Made by a program: the position numbers and the translations under genes
In this document: piece by piece, positions 1 through 14,700 of the stretch
How the letters are laid out: every line of letters begins with the position of its first letter
Position numbering within the stretch: position 1 is the first letter of the stretch
Notes under the pieces: generated by a model
Told to the model about the DNA's origin: nothing
Seen by the model: only the letters and a program-made list of their open reading frames with translations
Database searches by the model: none
Assembly (NCBI RefSeq): GCF_002571385.2
Contig: NW_019218040.1
Coordinates: 15,939 to 79,938, forward strand
Direction of reading: 5' to 3'
Origin: Stylophora pistillata
Lineage: Eukaryota
DNA length: 64,000 nucleotides

Positions 1-630
1 GCAAATCGATCGAGAGTCGTAAAATCAACAGGTGAATAATCATAGTAAGAATTATAACGAAGGAAAATAGCATAAAGAAAAGGGAAGGACTCAAGTAAAA
101 ACAAGAAAACTGCAGTAAGAGTGGCTACATTTATCTCCTTCGTGGCCTTTCTCAAAGATGATATACAACGTTCTTGGAAGAATCCTCTTCTGGGTGGAGC
201 GTTGCGTGACATTTCTAAGAATGACTGGAAGGGCTAACGTGAGTGCCTCAGTCACGCTTGGTCTCAGTTCGGAATCTGGGTCATCCTCGGTGTAAAAACC
301 TGACGAGGTTTTCTTTGTTTCATGAGGTATTGTTTTGCTGTACGCTATTGTTTATAATGTTTTGTTGCCTTTGTTTTACGTCACTCGTTAGCTTCACAGG
401 TTTTTACACCGAGGATGAGCCCGGAATCTGATTAGGTTGGTTTAGAGGATGGGGCGAGATTTGTATAACTATCAACTAGCAAACTTTAGTAAAAGCAACG
501 AACGTTGAGACTGATGTCCTCTTTTTTCACATTCAACGAGACATTTTGCCATTCATTTTTTAACCATGTTTCTTTTTTCAGGGAAATGATGAGAAAGATG
601 GTGAAACAGATGAGGCCTGCACAAGATTAA
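1..630 (+). CDS. Probable last two coding exons of an unidentified upstream gene (1-31, 582-630)
   Basis: The donor AG|GTGAAT at 31/32 and the acceptor TTTCTTTTTTCAG at 581 join in phase to give ...KSIESRKINREMMRKMVKQMRPAQD*. AATAAA lies at ~756. No homology was recognised. Confidence 0.4.
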
Positions 631-1849
631 AATGGTGTCTGTGTACATTACATGGATACTAAGACATTTATTTGGCAATTGCCATTAGTTGTACTTTTAT
701 GCGACAATTTTTAGAGCCATTAAGAATACTCCAGAGACTACTGTAACACACACGAAATAAATGAAAATTCCCTCGAGTTTTAGTCTTAACACACATCGCG
801 TACATATACCAAGCAGGAGGCCGTTAGATATCTTCATATTTTTATCTTTGCTGAAGAAGGCAACAGTAGTAGCCAAAAAAAAACAATGTATTGTAAGCCA
901 GTGTCAACTTTTAATTCTTTTCACCAAAACATTATGTAGCATCTGTTCACTAAGAGTATTTACCTTAGTAAGAGCTTCATTTGAACGATAAATGTATTTC
1001 TCAGGACCTTTAAAATTGGTAAGAATTTCAATCAAAATGAAAATAAGGACGAATAAAAACAAAAACAAAAAAAAAGGATGAAAAAAGTCTTAACGTAATG
1101 GAGAAGAGAGTAAAAGTTATGGATATAAAGTTCAAGGGGGACGTTTATTTTTGTACATCCGGTATTGGAATGGTCATGGCGGAGTTAATGTCCCTCTACC
1201 AAAGAAACCTCTTATTATGCCTGGCTGTGTCGATTGTTGTTGAGGTTGGATCTCATGAGTTCGGGGATACTTTTCATAATGTATGTTCACCAGGAACAAT
1301 CAACAGAAATGAGTTTTTTGTACGTGGCAAGGCTCCAAACTTCAAATGGTCTCTACTTTTGCAGACAAGTAGCCCTTAGTAAGACATGAACGCTGTGTAT
1401 TTTCCTTCAAATGTGTTTTTATTTTGGATGAAATTAAAAACAAACTTTTTGTTTTCACCCTCCGGAATCGATTGATCGTGTCATAACACGTCGAAAATTG
1501 AGCACTTTCGCATATTGCATCTTGGGAACTCTCCGTCTCTTGCAAAATGTAAGTTTTGNNNNNNNNNNNNNNNNNNNNNGGGGGGGGATGGGTTGTCTTG
1601 GGTAGGCGAGGCGAGACCACATCAATGAGTCCTGAGGAGCATTGTGCCTTCGAAATAACTTCGGATCGAATATAATCAACTTCTAAAACATGTAAAAATA
1701 ATAAAAATAATTTCATATTTATATTGCGCAAATTAACATGTGGATATGATCAAATGCGCATCACAACACTTTTCGGGGGACTTTGGCCGAACTACATCAG
1801 CAGTTTACAAGCAATTGAAGGAAACTTATTTGAAGATGCCCCCTTCCCC

Positions 1850-2152
1850 CCCTCTATTCCCAGTAAACAGGCCAGACCACATCACAGTAACCTCGTGAGT
1901 GGATTCTTTAACGTCCCCTGCCTAACCAAATTAACTAATTAATAGATGCAGGAGACGGGACCTACGGTTTATTCGTCCTTATCCGAGAGGACTAGAATGT
2001 TTATCCATTTCTTGATATTGTAAAAGGGTAGCGCATTCTCCTCATTTATTTTAAGACCTTGAGTGTTGGTCCGGCCGGGGCTCGAACCATCGACCTCAAC
2101 CTCCCGCACGAAAGTCCAGCGCTCTAACCAATTGAGCTAACCGGGAGGCGGT
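1850..2152 (-). mobile_element. tRNA-derived SINE
   Basis: The - strand head has an A box (TAGCTCAATTGG) and a B box (GGTTCGAGCCC) followed by a non-tRNA body. A closely similar copy lies at ~39720-39930. Confidence 0.8.
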
Positions 2153-3781
2153 TGTGACTAAACATTATTCGACTAAAGACCTTGTTGGTCTCACGCATAT
2201 GCATCTTGGTAAACGAAAACCTGTTAGGTTTCTTTAGGGAGGCCCTGAGTAAGAGCTAGCATGACCTAATTTGCATAATGGCAGTAAAAGCCCTTGTGGA
2301 GGTGGAATGGGGTCGGTCGACGTCATTTTCTGAGAAAAGAAATGAAGGGCTTAACTCCTTAGCCCTGATTTTGCCTTTATTTGTGCTCATGCTTATTTTA
2401 TCTGTCTGGGTGTAAACGCTGTTCAATCACGCGATGTCTGTTCACTTTTCGTCCTATGGTTCTTCAGAGGTGAGACAATTAAAGCAACCGAAAAAGAATC
2501 ATGTTAGCTTGTATCAGATTAATTCTCACTGCTCTTATCAGGAAATCACAATTTCGGCGCTGAAGACTTCGTTTTTCTAACGAACTTCAACTCGCTTCTT
2601 TGGGTAAAAATACAGGTACGACATCGTATCAGCAGGACTGTATGAAATATGAAAGGATTCACAACTAAAAGCAGCTATCAGATGGAAAGATGTTGGCAGA
2701 TCAGATGTTTGAAAATTTTTTTGGGGATATAAACAGGTTTGCGTTAAAGGAGAAATATGTCTTTATCGTCCATGACAACCAACCACAGGTAACCCAGGCT
2801 CCATGCAAATATGTTGTAATAAAATTCATAACCAATATTTGAATCATTTTGAATCATTTGAATCAAGGTCGTTACTTTGAGACGACATTCTTCTAAGCCA
2901 AGAATCTGTAGACTTAAATTACGGGCTACAAAAGGATATCTTGTGAAATGCCACCACTTTACCTGCAGCGGTATCATGACTGACGTCACACGAATGACGT
3001 CACACGAATGTCTGAGGTACTTAAAAAAGAGAGAACTCGTTCATTTACCATTGTCTGTTTCGTTGGTGGAAAAATTTGAACAGAAGTACTTTTACAGATA
3101 AAAGCTTTGAAAGTTTTAGGAGCAAAGGATATCTGGTCTCAAAGTTAAAGGGACAACGAATAACTGAACTGGAACCTTTTCCCNNNNNNNNNNNNNNNNN
3201 NNNNNNNNNNNNNNNNNNNNNNNNNNNNNNNNNNNNNNNNNNNNNNNNNNNNNNNNNNNNNNNNNNNNNNNNNNNNNNNNNNNNNNNNNNNNNNNNNNNN
3301 NNNNNNNNNNNNNNNNNNNNNNNNNNNNNNNNNNNNNNNNNNNNNNNNNNNNNNNNNNNNNNNNNNNNNNNNNNNNNNNNNNNNNNNNNNNNNNNNNNNN
3401 NNNNNNNNNNNNNNNNNNNNNNNNNNNNNNNNNNNNNNNNNNNNNNNNNNNNNNNNNNNNNNNNNNNNNNNNNNNNNNNNNNNNNNNNNNNNNNNNNNNN
3501 NNNNNNNNNNNNNNNNNNNNNNNNNNNNNNNNNNNNNNNNNNNNNNNNNNNNNNNNNNNNNNNNNNNNNNNNNNNNNNNNNNNNNNNNNNNNNNNNNNNN
3601 NNNNNNNNNNNNNNNNNNNNNNNNNNNNNNNNNNNNNNNNNNNNNNNNNNNNNNNNNNNNNNNNNNNNNNNNNNNNNNNNNNNNNNNNNNNNNNNNNNNN
3701 NNNTCCTTTACTCATAATACCATTTGATATGGCAGATGCGGAAAGAAAAGCAAAAATGCTACTGGTAATAATGTCTCTGAT

Positions 3782-4171
3782 CGGGGCGGTACTCGATATA
3801 TTCCTGGGTGGGGAGGTGCGGCGCGGCCCCCCATACCCTGACCCTGTTTAAGACAAATATCGCTGATTTTCTTACCCTGTTTAAGACAGAATTCCGATTT
3901 TTGAGACCCTGTTGAAGACATTTATTGTGCCTGGTAGCAATGCCAAAATCAACGGAATTCAATTTTAATTAAAATTATAGCTTGTAAAAATTTTGCTGTT
4001 TATCTTCCAAGTAAAGATATCCTGTTTAAGACAAAAATTGATAAATCGATACCCTGATTAAGACAAAAAATGATAAATTCGATACCCTGTTTAAGACAAA
4101 AAATCTCGAAAAACATACCCTGGCTGGTCGCACGTTCCCATTAAGCCCTTATAAGGGAGTACCCCCCCCCG
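3782..4171. mobile_element. Non-autonomous DNA transposon (MITE) with TIRs and target-site duplication
   Basis: Termini are CGGGGCGGTACTC ... GAGTACCCCCCCCCG. TCTCTGAT is repeated at 3774-3781 and 4172-4179. The internal motif ACCCTGTTTAAGACA recurs about 5 times. Confidence 0.85.
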
Positions 4172-5224
4172 TCTCTGATCGTGGTCAGTCTACCGTAAAG
4201 AGAAGTTTTGAAGATAAAAATCTGACAGACGTTATCAAGGCCATTCAAGGTCGTAACTGCATTACCCTTCCCTTTTTTACTTTTGACCACACTTACGTCA
4301 GAAAATAACTAAACTCCTCGTTCCAGAAATCTTCCATCAGATTCTTTCCTTTTTCCATTGGCATAAGGCCAAAAGACAAAATTGATCTCGGTGTGTGTTT
4401 TAGTCAATTTTTTTATGTCTAGTTTTAGGAAAAACTGGTTAATGACGCAAATACACCGAAATATCGTCTCTCATGAACGACGGTTCCATTTTCCACAGTA
4501 GTTGGATATTTGAATGGAATTTGTCAAGCACCACAAATAAATACACATCACAAGTAAATGAGGATTCTGAAAATGTTCCACCACAAGTTATGGCAGGAAG
4601 ACAGAGGTGCGCATTGATTAGGTTTAAATTACCAATATCAACCACAATATCAATACAGCATATTTTCACTGTATCGCAATGAAAGCTGTTGTGCTTGTTA
4701 TAAGCTTCTAAGCGTTGTAATCTTGTTTTGCAAGATTGCAGTTATCATAGCGTTAATGACAAGATTAACGCTGACATGATGCCTCAAAATCCGCTTATTA
4801 GATCTGCTTGTGAGCGAATCTCCACCATTGTGATTTTTTTTATTATTATTGTCTTAATATTTGTTAAGATTAACTTGATCTGGATTTTATCGACCGACAA
4901 CAAGAATACTTGATTAGCACAATTAGTTGGCTTCTTTGCAAACACGTGGTGTCGAACTAAGATGACGAATAATATCGTCACCAATATTCCCATATTGTAT
5001 GTGATGACATTTGACAACTCGGAAATAAAATTACGTATGTATAGCATCCCTAATTTCGTCTGTATCTATCTGTACCTCATCGTCCATCTACCCAAAAAAT
5101 TGATATCCACAAATTTAATTGTTCTTAGATGCAGTTCATCATAGTGGATTAGTCTGTAAATACCTGGTAATTTGAAGCAATGAAACAAGAGCCTCGGAAT
5201 AATCTCCGTTTAGCTATGTTTTAT

Positions 5225-5300
5225 CGACCGGAAGTTCATCTCAACGGAAGTTGCTGATCCCATGTCACACCCTCTCACCCCCGACGTGACGTCAAGCGGC
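5225..5300. promoter_or_regulatory. Likely promoter of the RTK gene
   Basis: Two CGGAAGT (ETS-type) motifs and a TGACGTCA (CRE) lie upstream of a probable non-coding exon ending in G|GTAAGA at ~5385. Confidence 0.4.
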
Positions 5301-5726
5301 GTTGAATAATCACAGTTGTCTTGATGTAGTTACTCGAATCAAGTGAGCAGCAGTTAGGGTTATTAGTTCTGACAATTCATCTCGGTAAGAGAAAAGACAA
5401 GTGAGTGGTATCTCATACTATTTTGCAGTGTTACTACTAATGATGTTATCTCACGGTCTATACATTTCTTGCATGCCTGTGTAGCGAATTTGTAGCTGTA
5501 CAACGTCACTCATTTACAATATAATAGACTTGTCATTGAGCAGATTTTTGCCTTTCGTGTGCGCTGTTCTTTTCTTGGACTTCTCTAAAACGACTGATCT
5601 TGTACGATGAATTCTTCACTTTCTGTGGAATACTTTTTCTTGCAGGATTATTCTTTAGGAGTTGGTTTTTAACCCGTTCGCCCGGGCGAATCGAATTCGT
5701 TTTTGTTGTCGATCGCGCGATCGGAA

Positions 5727-8700
5727 ATGAATTCTGTTTGGAAGAACACAAGAATAAGCTTACTGATGATAAGTTTTGTCTTCCTGGCAAAGTTTTCAAG
5801 TGTTCAGACCCGTAAGTATCAGATTAAGTCAAAATCAGCTTACCCGTTTAATCGATGAAAACTCCGCTATGAGCTNNNNNNNNNNNNNNNNNNNNNNNNN
5901 NNNNNNNNNNNNNNNNNNNNNNNNNNNNNNNNNNNNNNNNNNNNNNNNNNNNNNNNNNNNNNNNNNNNNNNNNNNNNNNNNNNNNNNNNNNNNNNNNNNN
6001 NNNNNNNNNNNNNNNNNNNNNNNNNNNNNNNNNNNNNNNCTTTTGACTCGATTTGGCCTGTTGGAGTTCCATGAAACGAGTTTCATTCAACCAAGTTAAT
6101 TACATTTGCATGCATCGCAATGTTTTAAAATACAAAGCCCAGGTAATCATCTTACGTTTTTCAAATTATCATATATTGTTTCACGCCAGAATGCAGATAA
6201 ATAAAAAATTGATGTGAATGAAGAGTCAATTGGGGTAATTCACCTTTAAAGATAATTTGTCATCAATCCATATATCTAAGCTTTAAGAAGGTCACTAGAC
6301 CTCCTCGATGCTGTGTCCAGTTAATATCTACGATCCCGAGTATGCCTGCTCCTCTGTAATGTTAATGCTTAATCCCCAGCCAGGTCTTTGATCTCAAAAA
6401 CCTTTTTATGAGGAAACCTGACAAGATTTCCGTAGAACCCCATACTTCATTCTCCATACAAGAAAACAGAAGCAAAACAATAGATTACCTTTGGGACTTC
6501 GGCTTTGTTTTTGATTGGTATGGGGTTATACGGAAATCTTTCCGGGAATCTCAGTTGGTAGTGTGACCCATGCAACAAAGCAACGTCAGAAGTTATGTAT
6601 TGTATGCCTCGTAAAGGAGCTATCACAGAAACAGGGATTACCAAATGAAGAATGTTAACAGTATATTGAAACACATCACGCACTGATAACTGATTTTTTG
6701 TTTTTGTTTTTTTTTTCATTCATAGAGAGTTTGACACCAAACTTCATAGTAAAACCAAAGAATATAACAGCTGAGTTATATTCCAGAGCAGTTATAACGT
6801 GCACTGCAACTGGCACACCGAGACCCACTGTGAAGTGGGTGAGATACACTGGCAGTGGAGAGACTGTGATTAGACATGGTTTCAGACATGTTATTATCGC
6901 TCCAAAACTCTATATCTACCCCTTACTATGGTCAGATGCTGGAAAATATGGCTGTGTAGCCCAGAATATACATGGAAGAGCTGAAGCTAATTTTTACATT
7001 AGCATAGTAACAGGTAAATAAACTCTCCAAATTCACTCGGCAACAGTTTTGAATTTTTAGTTTGCTGTTCAGCCAGGTGGTCCCTTCCTTCTCACCTTAA
7101 AAAGGGAAAAGAGTTGCACAATTTGCTACACAATCTTGTACCTTTTTCTCATTGACTTTCAATTTCCTGCAATTTGATTGGTTATTATAAACATGCCTTG
7201 AAATCTGATTGGTTGCTTTGTTTTGGTGTTGCTTTCTCACTGGCTGGGAAAAAGTTGCTATTTAGTGCAGACTCAGGAATAATTCACACTGCTGAGAGTC
7301 ACTCAGACTGTAAAGATTACCAGTGATATCAAAATGAATTTAATGGGTTTACATGTATTTTAACCAAAAAAGATTAATCAATTTTTTTCTCTCTCTCCCA
7401 TCCAGTTAGTGCACCCATTTGGAAAAACAAGCCACAAAATGTGACATTGTATAAAGGCCAAGAATACACCTTGCCATGTGATGCAATTGGATACCCTGAG
7501 CCAGGATGCTCTTGGTCACACAATGGACATCTTGTGGTTTCCTCTAATCCTGTAGCTATAGGAAAGAATTTAGTGTTTTCCCCTGCAAAGTATTCCCACA
7601 CTGGATGGTACACATGTACAGCATCTAATTTCAATGGAACTATTACTTCTTCACTCTATGTTGAAGTGGTCTCAGGTATGTAATTTAATTTATAACAGTG
7701 GAAGTACTTTTCCAAAAACCTTGTAGTGCCACTAAAGATTGTAGTCTAAGATGTCACAAAGAATTCCAAAGTTTGAAAGTTTACCAAATACAACCTTGAG
7801 GTCGTCGTGCACACTGTTCAAGATTCAAATGTGACATTCAGTCCAGTGTTATCAAGACTAATTTGGATGAAAATTAAATTCATATGTCCTGTTGAATGGT
7901 TATGGAACTGAGCAGCTTGAAAGGAACCTGGGACCTTGGATTTAATCCTTTTCACCATAACATCAGTGGGCATATTCTTCATATACTGTTCTCTACACAT
8001 TTCCTAAAGCACCGACAAGGAAAATTTTGGTGTAAGAATCAAGAGCTTTTTGAGTCGATGATCATAATCTCCTTATTTTTGTGACATTAATCAATATGTG
8101 ATTTGGAATTGATACTTTAAGGAAGAATCAGATGCTAGTCAGTCTAAGGGTGTCAAAAGAATAATATTAATTTTTCTCCTTCCCTAATAGACTTACATAT
8201 TAATCACCGTTTTTTATTAAAGATCCATCAATTGTTATGCAACCGGAGGATGTCCCAACGGCTATCGGAGGGATTGTAGCATTATCTTGTGGTGTTGTTG
8301 GCAGTAGCACGTCATTCTCGGTCAAATGGACTCGGAATGGCAGTGATTTAAGGGAGGACAGCTCATTCTCCTTAACAAACACAACATGGCACAATGTTAA
8401 GATATTTAAATTGAAAATTGTTGGAGTTCAACGTCGTCATATGGGGAGATATCCTTGTATAGTGACTAATTCCCAAGGATTTGTAAAAAGCAAGAAAGCC
8501 AGAGTTCATTTTTCTAGTAAGTAATCTGTTTGTGTGTTTGCATGAACTGCTTCAGTCTGTAAGATGTGAGATGTTTTTAGGATTTCATTGAATGTAAACA
8601 GCTGCTGGTTTTGATGGAACCTGATTTCAATAAAATGTTTGGAGAGCCTGTCTTCAGGCTAAATGAAAAAATGAAAAACAGAAACTACATACTACACACT

Positions 8701-11700
8701 TCAAGGACACTTACTATTAATAGTGAGGTGACAAAATGTGGAGCCCAACTCCGTGGAGTACCCTATGGATTACCTAAATGGAGTACCCCTAAAAATCATG
8801 TATTGCTCAAATAAAATACTAGTATATAAAGATGGTGAATCGTTTAGATTTGCATATTCCAAAATGTACTGATTTTGAACTTGCCAGCTCTCCAATTGTC
8901 ACAGTTCGATGTTGTCCACAAATTGACCACCGTCTTGAAATATTAAGCTGTGACATTTGGAGAACTGACAAGCTCAAAATATTTTAGGATATGTAAATCT
9001 AAATAATTCACCATGTTTAAAACTTTTTTTTTTCGACCAATTCACGATTTTTAGGTGTACTCCATTTAGGTGCACCATAGGGTACTCCTTGGAGTAGGGC
9101 TCTGCATTTTTGTATTTTGCCATCTCCCTGACATTAAAGTCACAAAGGAAAAGAACCATTAATTACTGTTAGGTGTTTACATCTGGAAGAAACCCTGTTC
9201 CTTGATTTTCTCATATTTTACAAATTTACCTTGAAGTCTAAAAGAACGTGCATGTACACTTGTACGTTCTTCTTAAATGTGACATGCCTGTGTATATTTT
9301 TGTGTATACTTTTTCACTTAAAGAAGTTTTCCATACATGCACCCATTCCATTGTAAGGAAAAGTATAATTTGCATCTGTACTCATTCACATTGCTTCAAG
9401 CGCCATTGCAATAATAGTCCCCAGCATGCATAATAGGCCATGTTACAGTTGTGTACTTGATTGCCTAGCCTCCTATTTGGAGTGAAGCTGACAGTGACAT
9501 TGTTTTGATAGAGGCCGGTATCTGTAATTAGCATGATAACAATTAAAGTACTTTACAATTGAAAAGCATAACAAGGTCACCCTTAGCCTCACTCCTGTTC
9601 AAAGGCTTGGCAACTGAGCACCCAACTGTGAATTGGACTATTTCCAGGTTAAAGTAAAGTTGTTGTAGGTTTTTTTTTTTTAGAATATTTTCAATTGATG
9701 GTATCTCTGTACAAAAATGACTGCCATAAAAATTTCTTTTTGGACACAACTTGTGCTCTTCAAACATTTAATTTCCCCTCTTTTTATTAAAGACTGTCTT
9801 TCTTGTGTCGATTGGGTATCCATGTTTCTTTTCTTTTTTTTTTTTTTTTTAAAGGTTCTATCATCCCTTTGAAAGTCGAAGTATCAAGACCAGCAGTAGT
9901 TGCTGAAGTTGGGTCTGATGTTGAGTTGAAGTGCCTCTTTAGTGGAAGCCCAATACCAGAAGTAATTTGGTACAAAGATGGAAGGAAAGTCACAGATGTT
10001 GGATTTCAATTTATCCGAGGTGTAGGAACAAGATTTGAAGCTATTCTAGAATTAAGGAGTGTCACAAGATCAGTTTCAGGTCATTTTGTTTGCTCAATAA
10101 GTGGTGTGGCAGAAACAGCAGAGGGGAGCATAACATTGTTTGTTGGAGGTATGTTTTATTCCTCATCACAAGAGCATTAACCATTATGTCTTTCTCAGTT
10201 AGTATGTGGGATTTGTTTGGTCAATTTAACAAGCCAAATTTCATTTTATGCCTCACTAAATTCAAAAATATTTTTTGAATCGAAATCTTACCCCTTTATT
10301 TGAACCAGGAGATATAGTAATTCTCTAAATGTTACCAGTAACCTTGTAGAGACCACTTTCATAAATGGCAGCCGGATTAACATTCTTTTGTTTAAATTTA
10401 AATTAGCCCTACTGGCCAGTACAAAATTCAAAAGAATACATTATCTCAAGCGAGGCCAGAAGGGCTAATTTAAATTTAAACAAAAGAATATTTATACGGC
10501 AGCCATTTATGAAAGTGGTCTATTCGTTGTTCCTACCATATGTTTGAGAACCTCATATTTTCCACATGGATTTATGGCCCACACAGATATCTTTTTAGTT
10601 TATGTTGAAACTTTTCCAGTGTGTCCAATGATTGGGGCATAGTTGACAGAAGATGTACTATTTAAACAGCATTAAATATGTTTTTGTTGTTATTTTCTGT
10701 AGATGGAAGAGTACCTGAGGTCAAATCATTGCAAATGTATAAAGAGACCAGGAAGGATTCAAACATCACTCTACAATTCTTCATAATGAGTGAAGCTGAA
10801 CCAGATGTCACATGGTACAAAGATGGAAATCAGCTAGAAGATCCTGGAACCATTCAGCTACATGCTAATGGCACATACAGGGTCAAACTTCGGATGACTT
10901 TGGTGCAATACAGTCAAACTGGGGTTTACACCTGTAGTGCTCAAAACCACTTTGGAACTAGTTCAGCAAATATAACTTTGGCTGTCAAAGGTAGTTAAGT
11001 AAATTTGCACTACATCCCAAGGTGATCAACCTGCTTTCAAAGACTTCACCTTACTAGCTATTAATTAACTGTCATCCATCAATAAATTTTCAAGGTTCAT
11101 TATTTGGAAGTTAAGCTCTTGAATATGCTCTCCTTAGGTCAACATCCCCTTTCTTGTCTAGCTGGCAATTTTTTTGGCAATGAATATAAATGAATTTACT
11201 GTTAATAAGGGCTGTCTGTGGATGAAAGAAAATTTTGAAAGGCACAGGTAGGGCCTTGACCCAGAAAGGCTCTAAAAAGAGAGAAAATATCTGACCTCTG
11301 AACATGAATTTTTAGCCAGAAGTTTTGTGAGTTTAAAATTTGTATCAGCTTGCAAAATCCAAAGTAATGCATGCTCTCTTTGTGCATTATTGTATGAGTG
11401 GATGTGCTTGGAAAGGTTTGGGACAAAAAAAAAAATAATAGTAACTCCTTGCTGGACTTGGAGTGGTTTTTAAGTTTTATCCAAAACCAGTGAACAAAAA
11501 AGATAAAAATAAAGGAAGTTAAAGGGCTAATTGAATGCCCAAGATCTGCCCAGTGAAGCTATATTAAACAATTTTAGTTGACCAAGGAGGTCCAGACTCA
11601 AAAGAAAATTTTTTTTTTTTTTATTTCCACAAAGGAGTTCCTGAAGCACCCTCTAATGTCACAGTCAAACAAACATCTTTCCAAACTGTGCTGGTATCAT

Positions 11701-14700
11701 GGCACCCTGGACATAACGGTGGAGCTGAGTCCAACTTCACTGTAAGGTACAAGATCAATGGCTCAGCTGTGTGGACAAGTTCTGATCAAATATTCGGAAA
11801 TGTGACAAGTACCGTGTTGAATAAGGAAGAGAGTTGGAGCGGTGTATTCTTCTTCAGTGTGCTAGCTGTCAATCAGTTTGGATCCAGTGAATCCAGTGAA
11901 GTTTCAGTAAACTTTAAAGGTACATGTTTGCTTCATTTAATCTTTCAACCCTAAAACTACAGAAGTGATTAACATGTAACTTCTCCCTGTGATCTGCATA
12001 CAGTATCCAGCAAAGCATTCACGAGAACACGTAAAATTATCAGGTCGAAGTTGTCGTTTTGATCGAACACCAAATTCTTGAAACTAATTTACAAGGAAGA
12101 CTGTAACAGCTGGAGTGGAGGATTAAAAATCAGTTTTGGGGAGTTAGAGGAATAATACCAAGATCTTTATGCCAATTCTCCCCATTGTTTTCCTTTCAAT
12201 TGTTGTAATTTAAGTTGTGAGAATATGTTTTGAAATCAAGTAATACCTTATAGATGTTTGTCATTGTTATTACCACCTCTTTGCATGACATTGCTCTGAT
12301 ATTGAACGAGGCGAGGGAGCTGTTTTGTTTAGCTAACTAGCAAGCCTCCATGTTTGGATTTGCTCTGACGAAAGGCGACCGCTCGAAAGGTCAATTTCAG
12401 AATCTCTCCACGGTGGCATATTCATATCATGAACTCACTTGATAAAACCAAACTATCTTTTGATATCCCCACCTACACAACACCACGTTTTCTTAAGATG
12501 TACCTTTCTCAGTCTTTTTGGCGCACTCTAGGCCATTTCAAACTCTAACCACAGTGAACTTTATTTGTCAGGGGAAGAAAGCGGTCCGCAAGAGCGTAAA
12601 GACGAAGGTTCATCAACAGGCGCCATATTGGGTGGAGTCATTGGAGGGGTGTGTGGTGTACTTTTGGTTATAGCGGTGGTGCTGATCATGTGCCGTAAAA
12701 ACAAGAAGAAGAAAGGACCTGCTCAGCCTCTCCCAGCTGTTCACTACACTGTGGTGGTACGTAACTATACTTAATAGATATGAAGTTCTTCTTAGGAACA
12801 CACGGTGACCTAGCGGTCAGCGCGCTGGAGGGGGTCTGGGTTCGAGAGCAATCCGAGTCGTTGTGTTCTGCAGAGGGTGTCTTTCTCTACCCAAGGGAAT
12901 AAATATGTACAGGTGAACTGTGCAGGAAACTTGATGCGATGGTTTAGTATCCTTTTCAGGAGAGGTAGCGAAACCCCAGTCGATTCCTGCTGCACAAAGC
13001 TGCGATGAGTTCCAGTAGCAATGAACCATTGGGCTTTCAGGACATATATTTGCAATGCATTGGCTGCGCTTAAGTGCGCGGTGCCATTTGCTTCAAAAGC
13101 GTCTGCTCCTAAGTTCTGGACTACTTAAAAATCCGCTTTAACTTGCTTTGCTCTAAAGATATTAAAATCGCAAATGTTGATAATTGGACTAAGAACCACA
13201 TAATTTTACTTTTCTACCCTCTGTGATCATTGGAAAGACTGTAACACCTCCCTTTTGCTGGGAATAAAATATTTGTCGTTGTTGTTGCTTGAGGAAGGTC
13301 AAGACTCCGTCAATTCCTTCCTCCTTTTCCACTCAGCCTGGTTCCCTAAATCCCCTTGAATAACCTTTTCGACAGCCAATGCTGAGGACTTTTGATTAAG
13401 TGAAGGGCTAGGAAATAAACAAACCGCTTTTAGGCATAGGTAAATCGCGTGATATCTACCTTTTTCTTCTTTCCATCGAAGTTACGTTAGTTTTGGTGTG
13501 TAAGCTCAATCGAAAGGCGCTCTAAAAAATCATGCGCATTACTCTCGACTTAGGGAGACGAGCCATACACATACGCGGATCCCAACGGAGGCCCAGCTCC
13601 TTCAGCTCAGAGGTGTGACACATATTCCTATGTTTCCATCAGACCTGATGCGGCAGCCGCTATGGCTGCTGGTAGTGAGTATGCATCCATACCTCGACCA
13701 AAGCAGTGGGAGGTACCCAAAAGGAACGTAAGCCTTGATAAGAAACTGGGTTCAGGTCACTTTGGACAAGTCATGAAGGGTTATTTAAAGACGAAACAAG
13801 GCATTCAAGTTGTGGCTGTTAAGATGCTTAAAGGTTTGTGTGCTTGTTTACGCTTCGACCTTGCTCTCAAATAATCTGCACAAGCTTTGCCGTTTTCGGG
13901 CAATTTTTAAGTGAGGGTCGAAAATAATTCAGGCTGGCTTTGTTTTTTCTTTAATTTGTACCGTGAGTGGTCCAGAAAACTCGCGCCACTCTATCGACCA
14001 ATCAGATGCAAGGTAAAACCAATCACGACTTTAGTCGCCCTCGTTTTCCTGCGCTTTTGGCAGATTGCTAGGTTGGTTTTTCTTTGAATTCTCATTGGCT
14101 CTTAAAGGTCTTTTTCTTTCTTCTGATTGGTCGTGACTACTTTGGTTTTGGTTTGACCAGAGTTAATCGAAAAGCGCTCTAAGCACTGAGATGTTATCAT
14201 GTTTTTCTTGATACGTTTCTCTTCATCGTGAGGTTCTAAAACGCGCTAAAACCGTTAACAGCAACGACGGGTGTCATTTTTTAATTACTCCAAAAAATAA
14301 TGTTCTTCTACCAAAAATGCTCTTATAGTAGTATATTCCATACGCCAAGGGCGCCTGGTAGCATGATTAATTTCAGAATTCCAGTTAGTTTTCTTAAATT
14401 GAAAAGAACACTATTTTTCTGAATTTGGCAAGCGATAGTGCATGAAAAGTTCGGCCGCCATCTTAACCCGTTTTCATTCTGTCTTCTCTGATCCCAAATC
14501 AAACACGATGGTTCGGTGAATGATCAGGTACTTGCAACTTTCTAACCTTCATAATAAGACACTGCCTCTGCAAGCTCACTGATTCGTGGCATTTTATCTC
14601 TGACAGAAAATGCTGACCAGCAGCAGAGGAAAGAGTTTCTAGATGAGCTGGAGCTTATGAAACCTATGGCTTCTCATCCGAACATTGTTGGTTTGGTTGG

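Noticed and set aside
2070-2152. tRNA gene (also ~38870 and ~63400)
   Set aside because: A and B boxes are present, but there is no intact cloverleaf; the 2070 copy continues into a SINE body repeated at ~39720, and the other two look like decayed SINE heads.
3076-3717. Long ORFs here and at 20624-21872 and 55109-55365
   Set aside because: They are artefacts of N runs.
1000-5200. A - strand gene sharing the RTK promoter
   Set aside because: There are scattered splice-like sites and short ORFs, but I could not build a coherent reading frame.
5600-5815. 71 aa ORF as the RTK start
   Set aside because: Wrong frame; the signal peptide starts at ATG 5727 and splices in phase to the first Ig exon.
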